DNA of 64,000 bases, from assembly GCF_964194155.1 (NCBI RefSeq), contig NC_135916.1, positions 1,550,001 through 1,614,000 of the forward strand. The letters are read 5' to 3'. Shown here piece after piece: positions 13,033 through 24,373 of the stretch (positions are counted from its first letter, which is position 1; each line of letters opens with the position of its first letter). The notes under the pieces were generated by a model, which was given only the letters and a program-made list of their open reading frames with translations, ran no database searches and was not told the DNA's origin. The stretch comes from Cetorhinus maximus (Eukaryota). The position numbers and the translations under genes are program-made.

Positions 13033-13191
13033 ACAGAATCAACATCATTTGCTCCTCCCCTCAGTCAATGTTCTCCAGCTTGAGCATCACAACTGGGGCT
13101 GTGTGGAACGTTTCATCTAAGGCAGCATCCTGGTTATCTGAATATCCCTGGTCACCCTTGGTTCTCTGGGCTCGTTACTCCTTCCTCCTTC

Positions 13192-13416
13192 CTTTCTATT
13201 AATTTTCCGTAGATTGTAAATTCAGAAAAAAACATCTAACACTCTGAGACATGGGAGCCGCAGACTGTCTGATTCGCAGATTCCGTGGAGGAACCAATCA
13301 CATGTGATTTCAGGCTATTATCTGAATAGCTCACATCAAGATGTTTATTCCAGGTGACAATATCAATTATCTGCTCCCGTTCCCTCCGGATCTCCCTGTT
13401 TATGTTGCTCCTCTTG
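13192..13416 (-). repeat. ~225 bp inverted repeat arm (partner 14995-15220)
   Basis: Near-perfect reverse complement of 14995-15220. Confidence 0.95.
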
Positions 13417-13639
13417 GAGCCATTTACTAGCAAAAATTTGCCATGGTGATTGACTTGATTTGGGGGTATGAGCATTTTTATGGGCAGGGTCAGTTTTCAG
13501 CATGATGTTATTTAAATGAGGGCAAAAGTTTGTGGTAAAACACAATTTACGCTTGAAATTCCTTGGTCATTTGTACTGAATTGGGTGAATTGTGTTGGAA
13601 ATAGCAGTGAAAGTGAGTGAGGAGAATGCTGAGGCAGCT

Positions 13640-14615
13640 TGGAGAGGACATGTTGAGCCTGTACCGGCCCCATTTCAATTTTGAACACCCCCCATAGTCC
13701 CTCTGTATGTTTCACCACAAACAGGTCTTCCAAGTCTAAATTGGCCATTTCCTGCCTTATTTCACTAAAATCCACTCTCAACCAATCCAAAACATTTTTA
13801 TTTGCAACTTGTCGATTTCTTTGTCCATAACAAACTTAATCTGTACCGTGTTGTATTTGCTATCGCTAAAATACTCACCCACCGTCACCTCAGCCACCTG
13901 TCCGGCTTCATTCCCCCGAATTAGGTCCAGCCATGCACCTTCCCTTTTTGGACTCCCGACATATTGACCTAAAAAGTTCTCCTGTACACATTTCAAAAAA
14001 TCCACTACGTCCGAGCCCTTAACACTATTTATATCCCAATTAATGTTGGGAAAGTTGAAATCACCTGATATAATTACCCTATTGCTATTCTTTTTACACA
14101 ACTCCACAAACAGTGCACATAGTTGCCCCTCAATTTACCGCTGACTACCTGGGGGTCTATAATTAAAACCTAATAACGTGGTTGCCCACTTTTTATTTCT
14201 TAGCTCAACCCACAAAGTTTCATTTGATGCATCGTTACTGCAGTAACTGACTCCTTAATTAATAATTCTAAGCCTCCTCCTCTTTTACCCCCTCCGTTGT
14301 CTCACCTGAAATTTCAACATCACGGAATATTGAGCTGCCAATCCTGCCCTTCCCTCAACCACGTCTCAGTGATAGCTACTACACCACAATTCCAAGGGTT
14401 TCAATCCACACCCTCAACTCATCCGTTTTATCTGCAATACTCCTGGCACTTAAGTTGAGGCCATCCAGCCTTGCCTTACTCCCTTGAAGCTTATTGCAGC
14501 TGTACTTCGTCGCTCATGGTTCTTCTACTGGCTTATGATGTGTCCCCATTCTGCTAAAATTCTGTGTCCCCTCCCCCTGCCGAGTTAGCTTAAACTCCTC
14601 CCAACAGCACTAGCC
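13640..14615 (-). mobile_element. CR1-type LINE fragment, AP-endonuclease region
   Basis: VIISGDFNFPNINWD...FLKCVQENFLGQYVGSPKREGAWLDLI...EYFSDS. Confidence 0.9.
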
Positions 14616-15358
14616 TATCGGTGTGTGTGCCTTTCTGTCTCTGCCTCAATCTCCCTCTATCTATCTCTCTCTCACTCACTATTGATTCTTCTCTTTCCTT
14701 GCTCTCTTGCTCCCTTTCGCACCCACATCTCTCTACTTCTGGTGCTGTGAATGTTACTGATGCTGTTACCCATCCTCCATTGATATGCGTGACACCGTTA
14801 GTGTTCATCCTCTCAGAAATTCAGCTCTGAAATTTCATTTGATTATCTCTAATAAAAAATCGAAGTGTGTTTTGAAAATCTCTGTCACTGCCAGGAATGT
14901 GACAATCCGCGAATGCGCGTTAACATATAACTGGCCTGCTCTGGTTGTTGAGGTAGGGGTACATTGCAAACTGTGAAATTGTGACCTGTCAGTTCAAGAG
15001 GAGCAACATAAACAGGGAGATCCGGAGGGACCGGGAGCAGATAATTTATATTGTCACCTGGAATAAACATCTTGATGTGAGCTATTCAGATAATAGCCTG
15101 AAATCACATATGATTGGTTCCTCCACGGAATCTGCGAATCAGACAGTCTGCGGCTCCCATGTCTCAGAGTGTTAGATGATTTTTTTCTGAATTTACAATC
15201 GACGGAAAATTAATAGAAAGACGAGCAAAGTTCGAAAAGAGGGGCAATTCTGTCCTGAGACCCTTACATTTGATACTAGTTTCAGCCTGTGAAGGTGCAG
15301 ATGTGAACATTGTGTAAGGGAGCGTTGGAAATGGGCGGGCGAGTCAGAGGAATGAAAC

Positions 15359-15774
15359 TGTGTTTGTGTGTCCGTGCTGATCATGAGGTTTCCGAGACCC
15401 GCTTGCCTAAAATAAAAATATTTCCCTTCCAAAAATTCCACCTGTTCCCCAGCTTAACCCCGAAGTGAGATTTCAAGAGCATTTCTGAGTTGTTTTCTAG
15501 ATTTCAGTCTAAGAGTAGAGGACATGTCAGAGATCGGGTGAAGGAGCCGCAGTAAATCAGGTTTAAATCGAAACTGGAGCCTTCAATTCGCGTGAAATAT
15601 TTTCGACAGCAAACATTACAATGTCAGAGATAAGAAGGATTTAGTCTGGGACACTGGAGAGCCGGAATTTCCATGGAATTGGGGAGTTTGTGAGGAGAGA
15701 AAAACACAGAGAGGCAGCAGCAGCCTGGAGCTGACAGCAGCCTGTCTCCGCCCCGTCCGCTCGCTGCCTTTAAG
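15359..15774 (+). promoter_or_regulatory. H1 promoter: TG box, H1/AC box, GC box, TATA-like element
   Basis: TGTGTTT 15359-15365 is the exact reverse complement of AAACACA 15702-15708, 343 bp away. CTCCGCCCC at ~15746, TTTAAG at ~15769. No CCAAT between the H1 box and the TATA-like element. Confidence 0.8.
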
Positions 15775-15854
15775 TTGCTCAGTGCCGCCACCAGCGGCTT
15801 CATTTCTCAGCCCGTTCACATTGACAGAGACACTTTTGTGCAGAGTCCCGGAAC

Positions 15855-16508
15855 ATGACCGATACTGCAGCCGCCGAAACGGCTCCTCCAGCCGCTCCCG
15901 CCGCCCAGGTCAAGACTCCCAAGAAGAAGAAGAAGGCGGCTCCCCGGAGCAGTGCAGCCGGTCCCAAGCTGGGCGAGCAGATCCTCAAGGTTGTGGCGGA
16001 TTGCAGCGATCGCAAGGGGATGTCGCTGCCCGCGATCAAGAAGGCGCTGCGCGGCAAAGGGCTGGATGTGGAGAAACTCGGCTCCCAGATCAAGCAAAGC
16101 ATCAAGAGGAATGTGAAGAATGGCTTCCTGGTTCAGGTCAAGGGCACGGGCGCCTCGGGCTCCTTCAAAGTCCCTAAGAACACAACCCCGGGGAAAGTGG
16201 GAAAGAAGGCGAAGGTAGCAGCTGGCAAGAAATCTCCAGTGAAGAAAGCGGCAGCCAAGAAGGTGACAGCAAAGAAAGCAACGGCCAAGAAAACAGTGAA
16301 GAAAGCACCGGCCAAGAAGACTCCAGTCAAGAAAGCAGTGGCCAAGAAATCCCCAGCGAAGAAAGCAGCGGCCAAGAAAACAGCCAAGAAGGCGGCAACT
16401 CCCAAAAAGCCGGTGAAAAAAGCAGCCCCCAAGAAAAAGTCTCCGGCCAAGAAGGTGACGGGCGTCAAAAAAGTGGCGAAAGGGAAGGCCAAGCCCAAAG
16501 GGAGATAA
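15855..16508 (+). CDS. H1: Linker histone H1, replication-dependent type (217 aa)
   Basis: Winged-helix globular domain ending in LVQVKGTGASGSFK, K/A/P-rich tail with (S/T)PxK motifs, intronless, stem-loop downstream. Confidence 0.97.
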   Translation: MTDTAAAETAPPAAPAAQVKTPKKKKKAAPRSSAAGPKLGEQILKVVADCSDRKGMSLPAIKKALRGKGLDVEKLGSQIKQSIKRNVKNGFLVQVKGTGASGSFKVPKNTTPGKVGKKAKVAAGKKSPVKKAAAKKVTAKKATAKKTVKKAPAKKTPVKKAVAKKSPAKKAAAKKTAKKAATPKKPVKKAAPKKKSPAKKVTGVKKVAKGKAKPKGR

Positions 16509-16565
16509 GCAAAGACAGGAAAGAAGGGAAAGATCCCGAGCAAATTGTAAACCTCTGAACCAAAA

Positions 16566-16606
16566 GGCTCTTTTCAGAGCCACCCACATTTCACATGAAA
16601 GAGCTG
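16566..16606 (+). terminator. H1 histone 3' stem-loop and U7-binding downstream element (HDE)
   Basis: GGCTCTTTTCAGAGCC 16566-16581, then ACCCA, then AAAGAGCTG 16598-16606. Confidence 0.97.
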
Positions 16607-17264
16607 ATTCCCTGATCATTTGATCCCTGTCTCCGCGCTGGGAGCAGTTTTCAGATGGAAATGTTTCTTTATCCTTCCACTTAAATCCTATTTTCCCGCT
16701 CACTCACTGACACACTCTCCACCCGTCCCCTCCCGCACTGTGCAATAAGACACAGGGATATCCTTACAGCTCCCTATCCGGAATGTGTCCCAGTGCATTC
16801 AAAGTTTATCTTTCCTTTATTCACATTTTCAAGGTGAGAGTCTGCAATGGAGTGAGCATCGCTCAAATGTCCCGTCTCACAACTAAGGCCCATACCTGTT
16901 GTTTCTCTAATTCTGTTGGAAGAGATGTTAGGGAATTTCTCAATCCCTTTTGGCAGCCTGGAGGGGAGGGTTCGGGGGATAGTCTAGAGTTGTGTTGGTA
17001 TAGAATAGGAGAGGGATTGAAATAGATGCAAACATTTGACTCTTGATTGAAATGCAGTATCGAGGGGGGAATATTACTGAGAGGATTGGATTTAATACAT
17101 TCGATTTTCAAAATAGCTGGTTTATGATGTTGAAGTATTTCAGTTACATTTAAAGTTTTCTGTTCAGCTCTCTTCAGAATTTGATAACTAAATGTACTTC
17201 GGGCTGGCAGGAGGAGGGACTGTCTGACCAGAGACATTGTCCTGACTGTCACTCAGGCTGTCTC

Positions 17265-17355
17265 GCCCCGCCTCTGACACACACACACACACACACACAC
17301 ACTCTCTCTCTCTCTCTCTCCCTTCCTCAGTCAGGTCGGGGCGGGCTGTATAAAA
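17265..17355 (+). promoter_or_regulatory. H4 proximal promoter with an internal (AC)n(TC)n microsatellite
   Basis: GCCCCGCC, (AC)13(TC)9, TCAGTCAGGTC (H4 site II-like), GGGGCGGG, TATAAAA 17349-17355. Same layout before all four H4 genes. Confidence 0.85.
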
Positions 17356-17402
17356 GTGGAACGTGAAGCAGCTCCCCACTCATTCAGCAGCGATTTGACT
17401 GA

Positions 17403-17723
<321 letters not shown>

Positions 17724-17756
17724 ACAAATCGACCCGACTCTATAACAAAACCCAAA

Positions 17757-17772
17757 GGCTCTTCTAAGAGCC
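17757..17772 (+). terminator. H4 histone 3' stem-loop
   Basis: GGCTCTTCTAAGAGCC followed by GCCCA and purine-rich TGAGAGCAG. Confidence 0.95.
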
Positions 17773-18848
17773 GCCCACAACCTCACATTGAGAGCAGTGA
17801 CTTCAGAGCGGGAGAGGGAAAGCGATATGTAGTTTTATAAACACACAGCGTTTCCATCTGCGCATTTTCCATTAACAATATGATCGTGAGTCACACAAGT
17901 TTCATGGTTTAATTTAGTTCGGTTTTCAGGAATTCGTTTCCATGATTCCTGCCGAAACTCGATTCAAAGCTTGACTGAGGAACACGACAGCTCCCAAACT
18001 AACACCGAGTTCACAAGATAAAGGCCATCATTTATTACACTTTAATCAGGAGTAACTATTTTGAGACACATCATTCTCGCTTCTTCGCCCCATTATCACC
18101 CTGTCTTTTTTCTTCGCCATCTGTTCCTGGGTCGTTGAGACATGACAGGGTGTGGGGGGTACCAGTATACCAGCTTTAAATGGATTAGCCTGTACCGATG
18201 CAGCATGTTGTCTGGTTCCAGGGAGCACTGAACAACTTTATTCTGGCCTGTATCAGGGCGATCAATGAAATAACCCGAATTTAAACGGGAATGTAAGGCG
18301 AATATTGAGAGGCTGATAGAAAATTTCTGACTAAACTTAATCACCTCGATTCTGCCTCTCAGGACGGACGGAAGGGTGAAGTGGAAGATCTGCTTTTGGT
18401 GCATGGTTTGGACTGCGAAGATGCATTTACGCACATTGTGGAAGATAGTTCAAATATGTAAACTTAGATATTAACTTGATTTACAGAAAGGGTGCGCAAT
18501 CCGCCCACCCACATCGCCTCCCCCAGCCATAAAACACTAGAAACAAGAGCCAAGCCATTCTCTTTATAACATCTATAGGGCTTTGACATGAATAAACCGA
18601 TAAGGTTGATCAGTTTTATATGTGAGACCCAAAATTCCGCCCATCAATAGGAGTTTTATTCCAGCCTGCTGTAAACCGATCAGGGAATGAATGAGAATTT
18701 AATCCACGTTCAAAAGCCGGAAGTCGGAGCTGGGACCGAAATGGGGCTCGCAAACATTGAGACCTTGTGATATTTGTCCATTCAGATTGATTTTATCTGC
18801 CTTCAAACTAGGTTTATTTTAATGTCAGTTACTCTTCCCTTTGAAATT

Positions 18849-19000
18849 GGCGGGCATTTTGAAATTGATGAACTGTCAGTTTCTGCTCCACCAATCAGGG
18901 CCCAGGAATCCATACAGCCCGCTGCTCTTTTCAAATTTCTGGGCGGGATTGCGCTGCATCCAATCAGGACAGGAGGGAGGTGACGGACATGTCTTAAATA
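18849..19000 (+). promoter_or_regulatory. H3 promoter (type 1): CDE/CHR-like pair, two CCAAT boxes, TATA-like element
   Basis: GGCGG-N4-TTTGAA 18849-18863, CCAATCAGG at ~18891 and ~18960, CTTAAATA at ~18993. Confidence 0.8.
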
Positions 19001-19001
19001 G

Positions 19002-19469
<468 letters not shown>

Positions 19470-19500
19470 AAACCCGACCCCCAGCACCATGTGCAACAAA

Positions 19501-19541
19501 GGCTCTTTTAAGAGCCACCAAGTCGGTCAGAGAAAGAGCTG
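19501..19541 (+). terminator. H3 histone 3' stem-loop and HDE
   Basis: GGCTCTTTTAAGAGCC 19501-19516, AAAGAGCTG 19533-19541. Confidence 0.97.
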
Positions 19542-19790
19542 CGATCTATTGTTAAAAGACGCCACCTCTTCTGCATATAATTTTCATTGTATTTCACCCT
19601 ATACCTTTCCTTTGCTACATTTGTTGGGCTTTGGAGAACAATTGAAAGACGGTTATTTTATTATTCCAGGAACGTTTTCCCAAGTAGTGACAATTGAGGA
19701 AAACACACATCCCATTGGCTTCTGCACGTTATCAGTTACATCTCTGTTTGAGTGACCAAAGTGGAGGATCCACGCATTGACTTATCTTAT

Positions 19791-20180
19791 ACCTTCGGGA
19801 GGAATGGCGGTGCGATCAATGCTTATTGGTCCATTTTATTACAGCTGGTAATGTTCCTTTATATTACCAATCAGATCTCTGCTTGATTCACCAACGTGGA
19901 GACGTCACGTGGTTGACTTCCTAAAGTAATGGCGCGAAATCGTCAGTTACTAACCCATTATATATTTCAAATTTGGAAAGACCGCACTGAAATCGTAATA
20001 GCTAATTCCCTTTTTAAATTATAACAATGCACGATTCACCCAACTCTCTCCATCTTTTGGACATCCTGCAGCTTACCTGTATCTGTTAGTTTCTGACTTT
20101 TGAGTGCGGAGTTTCATGTCTCTGACATGAAGCAGAAATTAAAGCGCCAATTTTGCAGGAACCGAGCCTTTGTTTTATTG
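19791..20180 (-). pseudogene. Orphan H2A promoter/upstream region, H2A coding sequence absent
   Basis: Colinear, diverged match to 31556-31990 and 44320-44755 (TTATACC.TC.GGAGGAATGG.GGTGCG, TTACCAATCAGAT, ATTATATATTTCAAA, GCGCCAATTTT). No H2A ORF next to it. Confidence 0.8.
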
Positions 20181-22148
20181 AACATTGAAAAGCCCGACGA
20201 AACGTATGTAAAACGAATAATTAATTTGATACAGAATATTGCCTTAACATAAAGCTCAGTCAATTCCATAGTTTAAAAGATTGGTCTCCCTTACTGCACT
20301 ATATCATATTTGGTCACAAGCCCCAAATTCGCTTTTAAAATCCGGAATCCATTCGGGTTTAATCTCGGACCTTTTTTCCAGTCCTCTTTCTCTTTGTTCA
20401 ACATATTCTGGCATGTGAATATGGGCTTTTATTAGGACTCTCTGCACCTTGTATATCATTGTCCGTTCTTTGAATATGATGCTCACTTTTCAACTTTTTA
20501 ATGTAGCATGTGAACATGGATTTTAATCAGGACTTATCAGTTGTTGACTGTGTATAAGTGTCATATTCATTCTGTATGTATCAGCCTCTGGTGCTGTGTA
20601 TGAATCTTGCTAACCTTTGTTATGTGCCTGTTGTGGTTCTGTATATGGCTGCAGAATTAATACTCTAAATGTAAATTTTGGACCCTGTGGGCATTGAATT
20701 CGTTTTTTTCTTTCACCATATCTGTTAAGAATTGATGAGTTGTGTGTTTTATTAAGTGTTTTCAGTTACTTGAATACTGTGATAGAGTTGAATTAATCCT
20801 GTACCCACCAGTGTGTTGCATTGTATGTGGAGGAATACATTTTGCCCTCTGTGTAGGACTCTGTACTGCTATGCATGGAAGAGTGCATTCATTCTATCTG
20901 CAATATTTTCTGGTACTATCCGTGAGAGAGGGATTCCATCTGAATCTATCAATATCTGGAACTAAATGTGAGAATGAAGTTGATACGGATCCAGCCAAGC
21001 TGTTTGAGAGCAATATTTTTTTGTGTGTCAGTCAATCTGGGCAATTTTATGTCATTGTGGGTTTTTGGCTCTGCGTCCTTAAGACTTTTCTAAAAAGATT
21101 TGTGTATGTCTGTGGCTCCTGCTCTCCATTTAATTCCCTGCTACTCTATATGTGGTTGAATAATGCATTGCTTCCAAATATATTGTTAGTTTCTTGCTCT
21201 ATATTTATTAGTCCCTTAAATTGATGGAGTGTGTATTCACTCATTTAGCTGACAGTGAGTGTGATTCATTCAAATTATCCCTGCATCTGCTATTGCATGG
21301 GAATGTGCCACTCTCTGCATGTCTTTCAGTGCCTAGTACAATGCATGATTTTGGGATTAAATTGTACATGACAGCGTCGGGTAAGGTATGTGTTTGTGGA
21401 GTTATTTCTATAATGTTATGGCCTCTATGATTCTATATGAATGAGATTATTTTGGTATACTTCAGTTTCAGGTAGGCTAAGTGAATGTGGGGTTCATTAT
21501 TTATCTTTCAGCCTTGGTGCTTTCCAAGAGTAAGTGCTAAGGTTAAACAAGAAGTGTTCTGAGAACTTACATTATGATTCTTAGTGAGAATATTGATATG
21601 GCACGTGTTGTGTATTAAGGTCTGTATTCATTAAAATTATATTTTACCTTAATTTCAGATATTGTATGAGATCTTTGGTGTGGAATTTAATATGTTGTTC
21701 TGTGGGGCGTCTGGGTACATTCTTAGCTTCACATATACAGCTGATTGAAATGCACAGATTTAATGCTAAGACTCCACTCTTGTGAAAGGAATGGATTGTC
21801 TTGCAATCTGAAAAAGTTTTGGGCCAGGATTGATGGGCCTACCATTCTGTGACACTCATTGAGTTTGAATTGGGGATCATATTCTGTCTCCCCTGTCGTG
21901 TTTGAATGTTGCATTGAACATGTCTGCCCATTTTTGGTTTAACCTATAACATGGGTTCTACCAATGTTATAGCCATAAGTTATATTCTGTAGTTGCATAG
22001 GAGTTCAAAAATGGTACTCAATTTGTAGCTCTGTGAAAACAATTGTGAATAGCTACATCCCCTTCAATCAACTATATAGCCTCACATGTAATTGATGCAG
22101 TTTGTAGTCAAGGAATTACCATTGTACCTTTATTCATGCAGAGCTTTT

Positions 22149-22630
22149 CATAGAATCACAGAATCACACAGTGCAGAAGAGGTCCTTCAGCCCATCGAGT
22201 CTGCAACAACACGTGAGAAACACCTGACCTACCTACCTAATCCCATTTATCAGCCCTTGGCCCCTTAGCATTGAATGTGATGATGTGCCAAGTGCTCATC
22301 CAAGTACTTTTTAAAGGATGTGAGGCAACACACCTCCACCACCCTCCCAGGCAGCGCATTCCAAACCGTCACCACCCTCTGGGTAAAAATTTGTTCCTCA
22401 CATCCTTCATAAACCTCTTGCCGCTCACCTTGAACTTACGCCCCCTCGTGACTGACTCTTCAGTCAAGGGGAACAGCTGCTCCCTATCCACCCTGCACAT
22501 GCCTCTCATGATCTTGCACACCTCACTCAGGTCGCCCCTCAGCCTTCTCTGCTCCAACGAAAACAACCCAAGCCTATTCAACCTCTCTTCATAACTTAAA
22601 TGTTTCATCCCAGGCAACATCCTGGTGAAT
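22149..22630 (-). mobile_element. CR1-type LINE 3' fragment
   Basis: MLPGMKHLSYEERLNRLGLFSLEQRRLRGDL, tail repeat (CACAGAAT)n on the plus strand. Confidence 0.92.
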
Positions 22631-24149
22631 ATTTTGTTAGAATGCTATGAAATATATAGCCCTGACTAAATTCTGAGGTACTGCATTGCAATTTATTTAG
22701 TAACGTACAGTGAGCTATCTTTTTTCTGTTCTGGCTAAGAAGAGTTAAGTAATATCTGATGAGAATGAAAGAGAGAGTATGATATTTGTTGTGTTTTCTT
22801 TTAATCCTTTGATTGGTCTGCTGGATTATATGGTAGATGGAAATATAAACCATATTAAGACTCTCCGGAGCAGTTTGTCTTTTGGATTGAACAGTTGTCT
22901 CTTCCCTTTGAAACAGTGTGGGAATGAATAATTATTTACTCGTGACAGTGGACATAATGACCTGGCAGCATCTCTGTTCTCTGTGAACGATGCTGCAAGT
23001 ATCTTGTGTTGGAACAAGCTCACTTTTCATCTTGCTTATGTTATAACTTTTATAGTTGTCACTATTATGTATCCACCTTAGTTACGAGCCTCATCTGTCG
23101 ATGCATAGCATTGTTTGTGAGCTGAGATTTGTTCACTTCTTTTTAAATTGATCATTTCAACCATTTTATGTTTACCATTGTTTCCACTGCATATTAATTT
23201 ATTAATTTGCAGGCCTGTACTATTATTTGAGTAATGTTTCCATTTTTAAAAATGATGCTGAATTTCACTTTCATAACATATGGGTGAAAAGATTATTTTG
23301 TCATCTTATTGGAATTGGGATCCCCCTTCTTTGCTGCAATTAATTCTATGAATTGCATGTAAAGTCACTTGGATCCATTTAGGTATTTTAACCTGTATCA
23401 AATATATTATTTTCGTTGGAATGGAAGTGTGATGTTGGTCTGTAACTCTCAGGATATGTTTGTAATTACACTGCACGTTAATTTTTGCTGTGAGTGACTG
23501 ACTGTTTAGAAAATCCATCCATGTCATTTTTTTTTTAGCATAAGATGTGTTTCATTCTCTATTTTCCAGTTTTGTTTTATAAATGAGTGTAAGTTCTGTA
23601 TAATTGTGTGCATTTTCAGGTATGTGAGTATGATTAGTTTTTCTTCTCCAGTTGTATTTATTAATTTCTAAGATGCCAAAATGTGATTTTGACATGGTGC
23701 CTGTCAGTTACTGGTAAGTGAGTGCTAGTGTTACACTGTCCCTGTGAATATCTGGTGTATGAGCATTACTTTGTAGCACTTCATTACTTGCAAGTGACTT
23801 TTTTTTCTCCCTCTTTGTGGCATGTGAATGTGAATATGTGTGTTGCTCTTACTTGGCATTTGACAGTTTTGTTACGTGTCTGGTAAGTTAATGTGAATTT
23901 ACACTCTTTCTTTTCCAGTTTTTAACATGTAAACATGTATTTGAGACTGATTCCCAATCTCTGGCATGAAAATTAGGAAATACCATAAATGTTTCAGTTT
24001 TTTATTCTGGATGTGTCACAAATATTCTTTAATCATTCTTCTCTTGTAAAGAAATTCTAAGATTTACTCAGATTCTCTTAGTAATGTTATGAAATTGTGT
24101 GATTATTGAACTGTGTGTAAGCCTGTCTGTGTGTGTGCGCCTGTCTGTG

Positions 24150-24373
24150 NNNNNNNNNNNNNNNNNNNNNNNNNNNNNNNNNNNNNNNNNNNNNNNNNNN
24201 NNNNNNNNNNNNNNNNNNNNNNNNNNNNNNNNNNNNNNNNNNNNNNNNNNNNNNNNNNNNNNNNNNNNNNNNNNNNNNNNNNNNNNNNNNNNNNNNNNNN
24301 NNNNNNNNNNNNNNNNNNNNNNNNNNNNNNNNNNNNNNNNNNNNNNNNNNNNNNNNNNNNNNNNNNNNNNNNN
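24150..24373. other. Assembly gap (224 N), probably in a TG-rich tract
   Basis: N run. The paralogous position (36430-36530) is a TG/AG microsatellite. Confidence 0.99.

Larger units (their letters stand above)
1..14837 (+). repeat. Segmental duplication, copy A (copy B = 49164-64000)
   Basis: Colinear similarity with shared TE insertions. The window start GAATAGTGACTTTAGCTCTGAACC recurs at 49164. Confidence 0.97.

Noticed and set aside
15782-16703. Long alternative-frame and antisense ORFs over H1, H4, H3 and H2A
   Set aside because: Shadow ORFs caused by GC-rich histone codon usage. They repeat only because the histone genes do
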